This document shows, piece after piece, positions 1 to 12,257 of a DNA stretch of 64,000 nt. The notes under the pieces were generated by a model. It did no database searches. It had not been told where the DNA came from and worked only from the letters and a program-made list of their open reading frames with translations. The stretch is from assembly GCA_964016885.1 (NCBI GenBank), contig OZ024743.1:99262001-99326000 (forward strand), written 5' to 3'. This DNA comes from Eledone cirrhosa. Lineage: Eukaryota. The position numbers were made by a program, and so were the translations under genes. How positions within the stretch are numbered: position 1 is the stretch's first letter; each line of letters begins with the position of its first letter.

Positions 1-333
1 CCATTTTTTTGGCATCTTCTAATTCCTCCTGAGTTACCTGAAATGCTTCGCACTGTTTTGCTACTCTGGCAAAACTCAGGGTGGTTTTCTTAATATCATT
101 GTTGCTGTTGTTGTTATCGTTATTTTTGTTATTATTAATTTTAGTTTCAGTTGTGGTGTTGGTTGCGTCAGTGGTGTTCGGTGTGGAAGAGTTCATTTTG
201 GTTGAATTCATTTCGACATCACGAGTTAATTTATTTTTTCTTTTGTTTCTGTTGTCGCGGTGGTGGTGGGGGTGCTGGTTGTCGCGGTGGTGGTGGTGGT
301 GGTGGTGGTAGCGGCTTTAACACCTGCATTCAT
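1..333 (-). CDS. Candidate 5' part of a T/N-rich low-complexity protein running off the window start; possibly a LINE ORF1/gag-like or host protein
   Basis: Stop-free minus frame from 316 to the window start reads ...EMNSTKMNSSTPNTTDATNTTTETKINNNKNNDNNNSNNDIKKTTLSFARVAKQCEAFQVTQEELEDAKKM (ATG at 211 and 196). An upstream frame MNAGVKAATTTT...ETKEK (ATG 333) joins it with one extra A in the A-run near 234-239. SFAxVA and upstream FPPL motifs recall LINE ORF1 proteins (inference). Confidence 0.45.
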
Positions 334-891
334 TGCTAATGGCGGGAAATGAATGTCTGCCTGAGACAAATTAAAAATATTGCTACTGCTTATATCTTTA
401 GTGTTGGCAAACGTAGTAATATTTACAATGGTGGTGTTGGTGTGAGGTGTTAGTTTGTGAGGAAGGCTGTCAGCTTCGTGTGGCTGAGACTTCCATGTTT
501 TTTTTTCAAAGAAATTTTTTTGATAATTATAAAAGTTTAAATTTTGGGCACAAGGCCCCAGTCTTTTTGGGTGTCCTTTTCGGAAAACAATGTATGTGCG
601 CTTATATACAGTTAACAATACAATTTTCCATAAATGGCAATTTTTAACAAACGGAAACAACAAACCTTTGCAGAGCTCACGATGATACGATTTACTACGT
701 AGGTCGCCAATAATAATAATAATAATAATAATAATAATTTGAGTATAGGTAGAGTTAATAGTAAAGAGTTGTGAAAACATCGATGGTTGAAGAGACTTAG
801 AAATGCACCCAAATTAGAATGAAGGGAAGGAGCTAAGTATGAAATAAAGTGATTATAAGAGGCAGTGTAAGATGTGATGTAGAAATATGTG

Positions 892-926
892 AACTGATAG
901 CAACACAAAGCAACTGTGCTTTTATA
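892..926 (-). promoter_or_regulatory. TATA box plus initiator core promoter
   Basis: Minus strand TATAAAAG (926-919) and TCAGTT (897-892). The first T of TATA lies 31 nt upstream of the Inr A (895), the canonical spacing, and points toward the ORF at 1-333. Confidence 0.55.
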
Positions 927-943
927 GAAATGAGTGAGGTAGG

Positions 944-1146
944 ATATATATATATATGTGTGTATATATATATATATATATACACATAGATATGCATATA
1001 TATATACACATAGATATGCATATATATTTATACACACATACAAATATATACATATACTATACATACATACATGTATATATATATTTACATATATATATAT
1101 ATATATAAGAGTGTGTATGTGTGTGTGTGTGTGAGAGAGAGTGTGT
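944..1146. repeat. Compound (TA)n/(CA)n/(TG)n/(GA)n microsatellite
   Basis: Visible dinucleotide runs. Confidence 0.9.
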
Positions 1147-1384
1147 GTTCGGTAATTTAAATAATCAAATCAGTAATGCTACAGGATTCAGAAGAGTTGA
1201 ATGATAGATGATGATAAATTCTTTCATTATTAGATCAACATTCCTGATATTTGTTCATCCAAGCATGGAACAATGCTGGAGATAAGCTGCTCTTTCTTTA
1301 GTTCCTATCTTCCTTTTTTCCCCTTAAATATTGCCTTCATAATCAAATAAATAGTTGCTATAGTTTGAAGAACACAGAAAACAA

Positions 1385-1731
1385 CATACATGTATATATA
1401 TATATGTATTATAAACATATATGTATGTATATATATATATATGTATTATAAACATATATGTATGTATGTATGTGTCTATGTATGTATGTATGTATGTATG
1501 TATGTATCTATGTATGTATGTGTGTATGTAAGTAATTATGTATGTGTGTATGTATGTATGTGTGTATGTATGTATTTATCTATGTATGTGTGTATGTATG
1601 TATCTATGTATGTGTGTTATCTCTTTCTCTTAATTTTGAGTATATTTTTTTGACCAGCCACCTTCCTGGTGGCAAGCATCTATGTATGTATGTGTGTATC
1701 TATGTATGTATGTATCTATGTATGTATGTAT
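1385..1731. repeat. (TATG)n/(TA)n microsatellite
   Basis: Degenerate tatg tandem array, interrupted near 1620-1680. Confidence 0.9.
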
Positions 1732-2679
1732 GACGTGTAGACAGATAGTGTAAAATGTTGATAATGGAAATGGAAATCCTAAAAATGCTAAAATACTGGA
1801 GAAGGAAGACTGAGCTGTGAAGTGTTCCATTTGCAATGTAAATCTGAGTAAGAAAGAGATAGATAAATAGAGAGACAGATAGATAGAGAGAGAGAGAGGG
1901 AGAGAATATGAAGTAGGAGGGAGAGTTAGAGAGTATTCTTTTTAATGAGCGAACAACAAGGTATAAGTACAATCATTGTGATGAGAATTGATAATGTGAA
2001 GCAGAAGAAAGCAATTGTGGAAAGGTTGATAAGTAATGAAATGAGAGAGAGCTACAACTGACCTAAGACAGGGTTCAGGTTAACATAGGAAATAACAAAA
2101 GGAAGATATATTAATGGGAGCTGGTGTTAAATATGCGATATGACACACGCATGTAAACCTCTATGGGGTTGTTTGAGCAGTTGAGAAATAGTAGCCAAAT
2201 CACACCTTATCATCTATTCTCTATGGAAAAGGATAAAATTGTAACAGACATACTCTAAAATAACAGGACAGTTGGACCATGTATTGAGGATGAAAGTAAT
2301 TGTGAGGGGAGTGATGGAAACGAATGCAGAGTGAACTGAATTAAATCTTTTTAGACTCTAAGCAGTTAAAATAATGGTGCTCCCTATATAGAAATTTTGT
2401 TTATTAATGACAAATTTGAATAAAATGATACCCTTCTTACTTTGATGCTCTAAGCATGTGTTTATTTCACTTAATGATCAATAGAGCTTTGGGTAGGAAG
2501 TAGAGGAAGGAGAAAACCAAGAAAGACATAACTAAAGTTGATGGAAGAGAGCATAAAAGCCAGGTGTCTAGTGAGGAGGATGCTGAGAATAAGGCAAAGA
2601 AGAGAAGTTTGTCATGGGGACAAGGCCAACCCCTGATTTGGCTAGAAAGCATTAAGTTCTTATTTCTTAAGCAAACCAA

Positions 2680-2990
2680 CTGATTACTTTAAACAATTAT
2701 TTAAAGATCTTTCAATTGAAGAAAATTCAACTGAGATAGACAAACTATTGAAATTTATTTGTCATTCTCACAAAAAGTAATGGAGATATTCAAATTAACT
2801 GTTAAAGAACTTGAAAAAAAAAGATGAAACTTTTGCTGCAGATGTTTTCAATATTTTGTCTAATTTAAAAAAATAATATAAAAGCCAAATATTTAAATGA
2901 ATTTTTTTCTTGGTTATCAAGGTTAGCAACATTTGTTTTAAACATTTGAATGCTTCAGGGACAAAGGAGATTATTGAAGACTTCAAATTG
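2680..2990 (+). pseudogene. Possible highly decayed hAT-like transposase fragment
   Basis: Broken frames give DYFKQLFKDLSIEENSTEIDKLLKF and IFKLTVKELEKKDE / AADVFNILSNLK, reminiscent of hAT helical regions; many stops and shifts. Confidence 0.25.
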
Positions 2991-3019
2991 TTTCAGAATT
3001 CTGCAATTACATTCTCTGT

Positions 3020-3175
3020 ATTCTTTTATTGACTTGTTTCAGTCAAAAGCTTGTGGCCATGCTAGGGCACCACCTTGAAGGGATTTAGTCATTAATAAAC
3101 CCTTATGTTTTCATGGCTGGTACTTATTTTATTGATTTCTTTTTGTTGAACCCCTAAGTTACATGGCAGAAACAA
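3020..3175 (-). mobile_element. Old octopus-type SINE 3' fragment
   Basis: acttgtttcagtca...gtggccatgctagggcaccacc motif; similar remnant near 42070-42180. Confidence 0.5.
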
Positions 3176-3599
3176 ACATTACATCTGCATTTTCTAAGTT
3201 GATGCAACTAGTAACCATACTTTAGATTAACTCTTAATCTACCATATGGAACTGCATCAGCAAGTTTGATCACATTAAAAAATAAAGTCTTCACTTGAAT
3301 ACTACAAATTTTCACAATGATCTGTCTATAGTTAAGATACTACAAACATTTGAATTGACAAACCTGTTTTTAGATATGTTTTTGTTAAATCATTGCACAA
3401 TGTTAAGAGTTTAAACAAAAAAGAGACTTCAAAGATTGTCTAAACTGTAAATTTTCAAAATTTGAGATATAGGTTAAGATGAAAATAGAAGATTGTCATT
3501 TGTGGCATTCATCTATAGTATAAGCAAATGGAAAGAAGGTATAAGGTATTTTTAATATTATGTATTTGCCTTTTGGTGAAGACATTTACAGTTATGACT

Positions 3600-3907
3600 T
3601 ATTACAGCCCCCTTCAATCATGACTGACTTTGTGCCTGGAAACACCACACTTGGGTGTTTTGTGGAAGATAAACAGTTACTCATACATGCCTGACTACTC
3701 TTTCCATAACACTGATATCCAAAGGAAAGGCAAAGACAATACAACTTGACACCAGTGTTGCCACAGTTCTTCCAGCTGAGTGGGATAAAGCAAAGTGAAT
3801 TAACATGTCTTGTTCAAGGACATAACTCATCTGTTAGTCTGGGAATTGAACTCATAACTTTACAACTGTGAGCCTATCACCCTAATCACTAAGCCACACA
3901 CCTTCAC
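3600..3907 (-). mobile_element. Diverged tRNA-derived CORE-type SINE
   Basis: Minus strand begins gtgaaggtgtgtggcttagtgattagggtg (A box), then gagttcaattccc (B box), then the tccttgaacaagaca CORE-like segment. Confidence 0.7.
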
Positions 3908-4239
3908 TAATTATGACTAGTAGTTCTCTATATATATATTCATGGATCATGCAATAATTATTTCAATTGTTTAGACCTAATTGAGAAACACAATAATTAA
4001 TCCAAATGCAATTGCTAATACTCAACACCAAAAACAAATAAACATGACCTCATGCATAAAGATTTATTGCTAAATGCAAAGTATGAAACAGTTGACTATC
4101 TTTACTATTAACGTTAAACAGTAGGAACACATTAAATCACTTATAACTGTTCTTGGTTATATGATAGAAAGCTCTTAATTTTAAAGTGTCTTATCATCAT
4201 AATTTTATGTCTGTTTTTTCAAGATTGCTTCATTTCTCT

Positions 4240-4772
4240 CTAGCTTTCACATATCCTCTGTATTCACCTTCCATGTCTCACTGCCATGTAGCACCACATG
4301 TCCTCTACAGACACAACCCATGTCTAACTGCCATGTAGCACCACATGTCCTCTACAGACACAGTCCATGTCTCACTGCCATGTAGCACCACACTTCACAC
4401 ACAGGCATCATATAGCTGGCCTTTCTTTTGTATAGAGAAAACCTTTGTTGTCAACAGAGGTATAGCTGCCTAAAGTTTTTCCATCCTGTTCTTATTCTAA
4501 CTACTACGTTACCAGTACAACCTGCTCCACTGCTAATTAGATCACCTAGTTCTGTCAACTACATCTATGGACTCTTCTTGGGATTGGAAAAGTTTATTTC
4601 ACTGATGTTCTTACTTACAACCACCCCAGTGCATATGCCACATACAAAGTCTACCTTTCTGTTAGTCTGCCAGCTATCCCACTACACCACATGTGTACCC
4701 AAGATTTACAATGTGGGCATCATATAGGAGTTTCTACCTAGTCCTTTTCTACATATCAAGCAAGGCCACTTC
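4240..4772 (-). mobile_element. Decayed RTE LINE fragment (PHD-like finger plus RT C-terminal part) with an internal 46-bp tandem duplication
   Basis: Reads KWPCLICRKGLGRNS..CPHCKSWVH.WCSGIAGRL..FVCGICTG and RIRTGWKNFRQL; homologous to 38330-38750. Unit ccatgtct(c/a)actgccatgtagcaccaca recurs from 4271 to 4391. Confidence 0.8.
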
Positions 4773-5329
4773 TATGTTTATATTTATTTTAAAATCTTTC
4801 ATCATTGATTTATGTAAGAAATTTTCTTAAGTTATGCTGCAAACATGAGCTTAATAATGACAAATTCTATTATTTTATTAAATCCCACAAAATTCTTGAT
4901 TATTTTCAAGATGATTTGGAAATAACAGGCAGTGTCTTTTTTTAATAAATATGGTAATAGAAGAGTTAAATTTAAATGGTGCAAACATCAGTTTAAATTC
5001 ATCTAGATACTATTTAGATGTTTTAACTTTTAATGCCCTGTACCACATAAAACTGCATAAGAAAGGCATTCTTGAAAAGCAGAAAACAACACTATGAGTG
5101 CATCACAGTAAAAAGTCTTACTGCAAATTTTCTTAATGATCTGTTTATTAGTATAAAACACCATAAACCTGTTGAATTAACAAACCAATATTTAGATATT
5201 TTCTGTTAAATCATTACATGATATTAAGATTTAAGCAACAGCATCATATTTTAACAATTTAAAATAGTAATGAAATATGCTTTTACACAATAATTAGTTA
5301 AAAGATATTCCTGTTGAGATGTTTGCTGA

Positions 5330-5530
5330 TAGAATATGGTGCCAGGGATGACAGTGTGAAAAAATATACCATATATGTCAGTGTACATGAGACATTCTAA
5401 CCACATGCCCATAATATTGGAGCTGTGATCTCTCAATCTGGAGAAGTAGCAGCTCTACCTGGAGCAACTCTCTGATCTCTGAGCTACACACTCTATTGAA
5501 TTGCCCAAGATTAGCCTGATTTGTAGTACA
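5330..5530 (-). mobile_element. Decayed fragment of a different RTE-like LINE
   Basis: EIRELLQVELLLLQIERSQLQYYGHVVRMS resembles the RTE post-RT motif (LRWFGHVxRM). Confidence 0.6.
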
Positions 5531-5852
5531 GCATGCAACAGAAATTAACCCTTTTGGTACTGACTCATCCAAAATTGCCATTAAAAATTAAAATCTTCCA
5601 ACATAATTTCATATGAAAAATCGTTTTGTTTTGTTACAAATAGCTTAATAAGTTTAGTAAATCCTTTAAAATTCTTCATTGATTTATTCATATTGTAATG
5701 AAGAGGTTAAGACGAGAAGAAGGTGATTTAGTGCTGGTAAAGAAGAGCAGAGTGTAACAAATGATGCTTGAGAATAATTAAAATTGTTGAAAACTTTGTA
5801 AATAGTTGGAATAAACGTGAAAGAAATGTTAATATCTGATATGCTTCATTAA

Positions 5853-6098
5853 CCCTTTTGTTACCATATTTCTAATGAAAAATACTGGCTATGATTTTCA
5901 GATAATTATGAAAATAATCAAGAATTTGGAGGTATTTAGTAATGTAACTAACTTTCACATTAAGATGTTTGGAGCATAATTTAACATAGGTTCTTAAATA
6001 TGCAAGAAGATTTCTAGAGAAATATAAACACTTTAAAATAAGCCAGTTTAGTATCATAGAATGAAGGGTGAAACGAAGGGTAGCTTGGTATCAAAGGA
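5853..6098. mobile_element. TTAA-flanked piggyBac-like MITE, family B
   Basis: TTAA-CCCTTTTGTTACCA left end and ttggtatcaaagga right end; homologous to 16279-16648 and 52799-53045. Confidence 0.6.
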
Positions 6099-6174
6099 TT
6101 AGTTGATGCTTTGTTCATTATATTGTTTCTAATTCTCTTAAATATGATGAAAAATTTACATAATTGCTTCTGAA

Positions 6175-6421
6175 ATACACATGCAAACCTACACACACAG
6201 ACAAATACACACGCACACACACACAAGCAAACATACACACAGACACAGACAAATACACACACACACATGTGCACACACACAAGCACACACACACACACAC
6301 AAGCACATATACACAAGCGCACATACACACAAGCACACACAAGCACATACACACAAGCACACACACACACAAGCACACACACACAATCACACACACACAC
6401 ACACACAAGCACACACACACA

Positions 6422-6454
<33 letters not shown>

Positions 6455-6455
6455 G
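6175..6455. repeat. (CA)n compound microsatellite with aag/ag interruptions
   Basis: Direct inspection; explains the CVCV/HTHT ORFs. Confidence 0.95.
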
Positions 6456-7249
6456 CTCACAGTTTACAACAAATAAAACATGAAGACTTTAAAGAATAAA
6501 TTGAATTTATTATGCATTTTATGAGAATTAGTTTTAGCATTGATGGTTATTATTGTTATTTATCAGCAGGTCAGCCCTGACTGAACAAACCTATCATCAA
6601 AGGACTACAACCAACCTGTCTTTTCAGGCACATCAAAGTTTACATTACCTAATGCATTCTTTCCTTTCTTAAGATGGTCAGATATAGTTATGATAGAGTT
6701 AACTGTTATTTATAGCAGATAGAATTACCACATAGAGACTTCTTCATTAGCTTATAACTTTGGTTGTTGTTGCTGTTTTTGTTTAATACTTGTTTAGCCT
6801 TGATTAAGCAAGTTTATAAACAAAAGTGCTCCAGTCATGACCATCCAAACATTGCTTTTTTTTTGTTTCAGATATAATGTATCTAGAACTACATTATTCA
6901 GCATGTCCTTTATTTATTAAGATGATGGAGTGTCATTTGAGGGTTACTGGCTGCAATTTCTAGCAACCAGCAAGCAACTGCATTGAAGCTCTATTATCTG
7001 TTCATTACTTTCATGAGCACAAGTTCATAAGCAGACACAGGTAAAAATATGATTAAAGTTTAAGTGGAAGCCTGGAGGTTCGTGAAGCTGGTACTTATCC
7101 CAGTTCATTAGTGTTAAGTGAGAGTACAAGATAGCAGTCAATAGCAGGATTAACCCCAGCTGCTGTTGGTATTTATGTTCAGTTAAAAGATCTGAGAGAT
7201 GCCATACTGAGAAAAAGGTGTAGGTGAAATTAAGGCATTTTATTCATTT

Positions 7250-7290
<41 letters not shown>

Positions 7291-7299
7291 ATATTAATA

Positions 7300-7530
7300 T
7301 ATATACAATATATTAATAAATGGAAACTATATTTATAAAACCATATTTATTTTATTATATATATTTCAAGGGCAACCAAGGCAAATTATGGTGCGCTTTC
7401 ATCAGATAAAATACAGATTTGTTTTATAAATAAATATTGACATACTCGGAAAAAAGACAACCTTAACTGTTGGAGCTTCCTGGATAGTAATTTTTAAGCG
7501 TGTTGAATCCCAACAAATTAAATATAACCT
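7300..7530 (-). mobile_element. Penelope-like pseudo-LTR fragment inside a (TA)n tract
   Basis: Homologous to 17786-17995; carries a hammerhead motif and a downstream AATAAA. Confidence 0.6.
7348..7413 (-). ncRNA. Type I hammerhead ribozyme (family A, copy 1)
   Basis: TATTTTAT-CTGATGA-[AAGCGCACCA...TGGTTGCCCTT]-GAA-ATATATAT-A-ATAAAATA: perfect 8-bp stem I, intact core, palindromic stem III. Confidence 0.75.
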
Positions 7531-7695
7531 CTGCATGTATATATATATATATATATATAACGAAGGAAATGTGGTAAGGAACCAGGTGGACCATAACGCA
7601 CCAAAGTACTCAATACTTGGGGTAGTAGAGTGGGTAATAGGAACCAGTTTGGTTCCTATTGGTTCCTACTGGTTCCTATATATATATATATATAT

Positions 7696-8720
7696 TCTGG
7701 GGATATAAGTAGCAGCAAGTGCCCACAAAATACTAGCTCTTTCAACTGCGCAGAGGGTTCTATAGAAATAGTGGACAGCTTCCGTTACCTGGGTGACAAA
7801 ATCAGCAGTGGGGGAGGGTGCTCTGAAAGTACAGTAGCTAGAGTCAGAACTGGGTGGAAAAAGTTCAGAGAGCTTATACCACTATTAGCCGCTAAAGGGT
7901 TCTCCCTAAAAATGAAAGGCAGGCTGTACGATGCCTGCATACGAACAGCAATGTTGCATGGCAGTGAGACCTGGGCATTGTGTGCAGAGGATATACGCAG
8001 ACTAGAGAGAAACGAAGCTTGCATGCTCCGCTGGATGTGTAATAGTAATATACGTGAACGACAAAGCATAAACGAACTAAGGAAAAAATTAGAAATAAGA
8101 GGGATCAGATGTTGTTTACTAGAGAGAAGGCTACGTTGGTATGGTCACGTGATGCGCATGAAGGATGATAGCTGTATAACAAAGTGCAGGGCAATAAAGA
8201 TAGATGGTAGCCACGGAATAGGCAGACCCAGAAAAACCTGGGACGAGCTGATAAACACCGACCTCACACACTTACACCTCACCAAGACAATGTCACTGGA
8301 CCGAGACCTTTGGCGGTACTCAGTAATAGAGAAGACCCGCCTTGCCAGTAGGCATCTCTAACAAAATACACCACGTCCCACCACCACAACCCCCACCCCA
8401 TCCACACCACCCCGTTCTATGTAAAGTTATGTTGGTGCCGCGCCATCCAGGCCGAAACAAATGAGATCGTGTAGGTGTCACGACAAAAAAACAAACAGTC
8501 CACGCTGTAATGTGGCCGTGTAGGCAACACGGTAAAAACCTCCCAGACCCACACTGTAAATGTGGTTGGTGTTAGGAAGGGCATCCAACTGTAGAAAACC
8601 TGCCAGACAGTCCTATGCGAGCAAGAAAATCAGTCTTGCCTCAAGTGGGACTACCCCCGTCCAAACCCATGCAAGCGTGGAACACGGACGTTAAACGTTG
8701 ATGATGATGATGATGATGAT
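7696..8720 (+). mobile_element. 5'-truncated RTE (BovB-like) LINE, subfamily 2
   Basis: Open frame to 8361 (IEIVDSFRYLGD, GWKKFREL, HGSETW, LRWYGHVMRM, GRPRKTW), 3' UTR and (GAT)n tail; flanked by (TA)n. Confidence 0.92.
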
Positions 8721-8821
8721 ATATATATATATAAATACATATATATATTTAGACAACTGACGAGGATACTCCTTTCTTTCGCCCGTAACTTTTATTTTTC
8801 ATTATATATATATGTATATAT

Positions 8822-8892
<71 letters not shown>

Positions 8893-9025
8893 CATACACA
8901 CATATATATATATATAAGAAAATGAGTTTTTTTTAATAAAAAGATGAGATGTCTAACACAGGTGAAAGTATAAGGAAAAGAAATCGAAAATGCAACTCGA
9001 GTCTTTTTAAGAATATTTGTAAATG

Positions 9026-9360
9026 TGAGAGAAAGGCAGAGCTTGGATGAGCTGAGTGAGAGCTGGGTTTAAGGGGAAACCGAGGTGGTGTGCAGGAGAG
9101 AAGACTGCATTGGTATGGACATGTGATGGGCATGGACAATGACCAATGGGTGAAGATATGCCAGGAAATCCTAGTGGAAGGAAGCCACAGCAGAGGTAGA
9201 CCAAGAAAGACCTGGCAGAGGTTGTAAGAGTGGACCTCACATTGCTAAGACTGGCAGAGGAGATGACGAAGGAACGTGACAGGTGGAGAGATACCATGTT
9301 GAGAAGGACCCATCTAACCCATGCAAGCATGGAAAAGCTGATGTAAAAATGATGATGATA
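9026..9360 (+). mobile_element. Older RTE LINE 3' end with a short 3' UTR
   Basis: VQERRLHWYGHVMGMD..RGRPRKTW remnants running directly into aacccatgcaagcatggaaaag...(GAT)n. Confidence 0.8.
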
Positions 9361-9367
9361 TTATATG

Positions 9368-9552
9368 ATGGCGGTGAATTGGCAGTATTGGTAGAGGGTC
9401 AGACATGCTTTCCAGCGTAGTTACATCCCTCTACGATCTGAGTTCAAATCCTGCTGAGGTTAACTTTGCCTTCATCCTTACGGGGTCGATAAAATAAAGT
9501 ACCAGTAATACAGTGGGTAATTGCTGGCCTTGTGCCAAAAGTAGAAACAATT
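9368..9552 (+). mobile_element. tRNA-derived SINE with Meta/MESC-like central domain
   Basis: ggcggtgaattggcag head, gagttcaaatcc B box, actttgccttcatccttacggggtcgataaaataaagtaccag central domain. Confidence 0.8.
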
Positions 9553-10535
9553 ATCATCATTGTTTTTACATCCACTTTTCCATGCTGGCTGGATAGGATG
9601 TGTTGAGGCAATGTTTTGCAGATGGATGCTCTTCAAACACACACCCACACACACACACACACATGTTCTGATATATTACCTACCTAATGCTTCCCAACTT
9701 TATGCTGTTCAGTGTTGACAGGATTATACACTGACACGATATTAGCAAAATAACTGAGAATAATTAACTGCCCTTGAATTAGCTAATCTAATATTTCCAT
9801 AAGCTAAATAGATTACTATTGAGGCAGCTGTGATATGTGAATACATAATTCACTTACATGGCATATCAACTGTGTAGGAGCTATAGATTGACCTTAAACA
9901 CCTGAACAACTATCTCCCTCCATGTCACAGGTCTGTCTGTTCAACAAACAACTACACCAACATTTATTCTCTGTTATTATATCTGCATTTGTGTTTGGCA
10001 AGTTTCCATATCTTAAAAACATTTAGAAATCATTTATTCAATACTCCAAATGAAAAAAAAATCTGTTTTCCCTATATTCGATTGATTTGTATATTATTTA
10101 ATTATTTATTCACCTATTATTTATATATTGGTGGTCAATACTATGATTTAGCATTAAATCTCAGAAGGCTGAGCTATGATTTTCAATAAAACCATTTTCA
10201 TTCTGCCATTAATAACTTTGCAGGAGGCAACATCAAGAGATCTGTGAAGGTCACGGCCACCAAAACTAAAAGGAACAAACAAATAAACAAAAGAGAAATT
10301 CTCTTTTAACACCTGCTTATGTGAATCAAAAATAACTGTTAATATTTGGTAGAGCTTTGGACGTCATGCTTTGCAGCATATAGTTACAGCACATTCTGAG
10401 GTCAAATTGATTTTCAACCTTACAGGGTCAATAAAATAAATTACCAGTAACACACTGGGATCAATTTAATCAACTTTCCCTTTCTCTCTTAATTGCTGGC
10501 CTTGTGCCAAATGTAGAAAAAAAAAAAAAGAAAAC

Positions 10536-10766
10536 CGCCGCCGCCGCCACCACCATCACCACCACCATCACCATCACCACCACCATCATCACCATCACCA
10601 CCACCACCATCATCATCATCATCACCATCATCACCACCACCACCATCACAATCATCACCATCATCATCATCACCATCACCACCACTACCATCATCATCAT
10701 CATCATCACCATCAGCACCACTACCATCATCATCATCACCATCATCACCATCACCACTACCACCAC

Positions 10767-10828
<62 letters not shown>

Positions 10829-10853
10829 CCATCACCACCATCATCATCATCAT
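10536..10853. repeat. (CAT/CAC)n trinucleotide microsatellite merging into an RTE/SINE (GAT)n tail
   Basis: Direct inspection; adjacent tttaatgtccatttcctctgctagcaaggg is a minus-strand retro tail. Confidence 0.92.
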
Positions 10854-11499
10854 TTAATGTCCATTTCCTCTGCTAGCAAGGGTTTGAAGGATCATCATCA
10901 ACAATGTCAGTACTCAAGTGTGCTACTCACCTCACAGATGGGCTGGTGGACTACATCTCTCTTACATATGTTCCTGTGTGTATTTTGTAGTGGCAACAGA
11001 ACTAGGGAGGTTTTTATGCTGCTAAAGAGTCCTTCTGACCTTGTGTTTGGCAGGTGTTATATGGTTGGATGCCCTTCCTATCACCAAACACTTTACAGTG
11101 GGTTCTGGGTGCATTTATCTTGTAGATCACCAACACTAGAGAGGTTTTCAGCTCATATATTTTATTTACATTAAAAACAAATTATGAAACATAATTTTGG
11201 ATTTTTTACATGTCAGGCAAGTGACTTGATCTGAGACTGTATTGAAACTAAAGCAATTACATTGTAGAAGAGTCATTTTGGTCATTCAAAAATACCCCAA
11301 AATTCTGTTGAGTCCATTCTACATCAGTGACCATATTCAAACAGTGGGATAAATATTTTAACACTAAGAAATATATGATGATTGTAAAGTAAATTTAAAA
11401 TATTTTAAAAGGTTAAAATAATTCTTCCCTGATGCCATTGCTATTAAACATAAACATACACAAATATATATCAATTACAAAAATGGCTGACTCAATACA

Positions 11500-11720
11500 C
11501 ACATGCTTTCCTCCTGTGAAAAATGTTTTTCCTCTTTCGTATTTTTCTAACTTTTGTCTGTCTTTCTATTTCTCATTCTATCTTCCAATGAAGGACTAAT
11601 GTCCGAAATGTTAAGTCTCTTTTCCTACAATGTCAAGCGTTAAATAATATATAATCACTGTATTGTATTCTTATTTCATGTTGCTTTTCCTTGTTAACTT
11701 TTCCCTTATATTAATCTAAC
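11500..11720 (+). mobile_element. Penelope-like pseudo-LTR fragment with a decayed hammerhead (11580-11617)
   Basis: atctt-CCAATGA-aggactaatgtcc-GAAatgtt-aagtc is homologous to the intact motif at 43363-43400. Confidence 0.65.
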
Positions 11721-12257
11721 TACACATCGAGAAGATATAAATAAAATAGTATTTCAATTACAGAGACCATATGACGGATTTTTGATTTTGAAATAGAAAC
11801 ATAATATTTTTCTGATTTCGTTTCTAAAAATAAAAATAAATAAACAAAAAAAAAACAAGAAGAAAGAACAGAAAGATAGAAAGCACTGTAGATTTATAAA
11901 ATCTCACCAGTAACCAAGGACATATAAGTGGAAGTGAGAGAGGCAATCACTAAGGTGCAGGTGTGAGTGGGCTCAAAATATTTTTTGTTTCTTAATAATT
12001 ATGCTCTTCCCTAGAATATAACACAACAGTCATACATTAACATCCTCTAACGATTTAGCAGAAAATGTTGAAAAAAAGACAGAAACAAGTTTGTTATTTC
12101 CAATGTTTATAGCATCTCTACTGTTGAAGGGAATGACTATAATTTATAATGTGATACAGTTATACAGCCATTTTATACTTTCCAAGAATGTCATGCTAGC
12201 ATGATTTTATGCATTGCAGGGTTTTAAGGGTTAAGTAAATCTGGCACAATGTTATGT

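Noticed and set aside
6014-6499. CVCV/HTHT ORFs, and the YIYI ORFs throughout the window
   Set aside because: Translations of dinucleotide microsatellites.
10470-10857. Poly-Met/Val or poly-His/Thr protein
   Set aside because: (CAT/CAC)n expansion between a SINE end and a retro tail.
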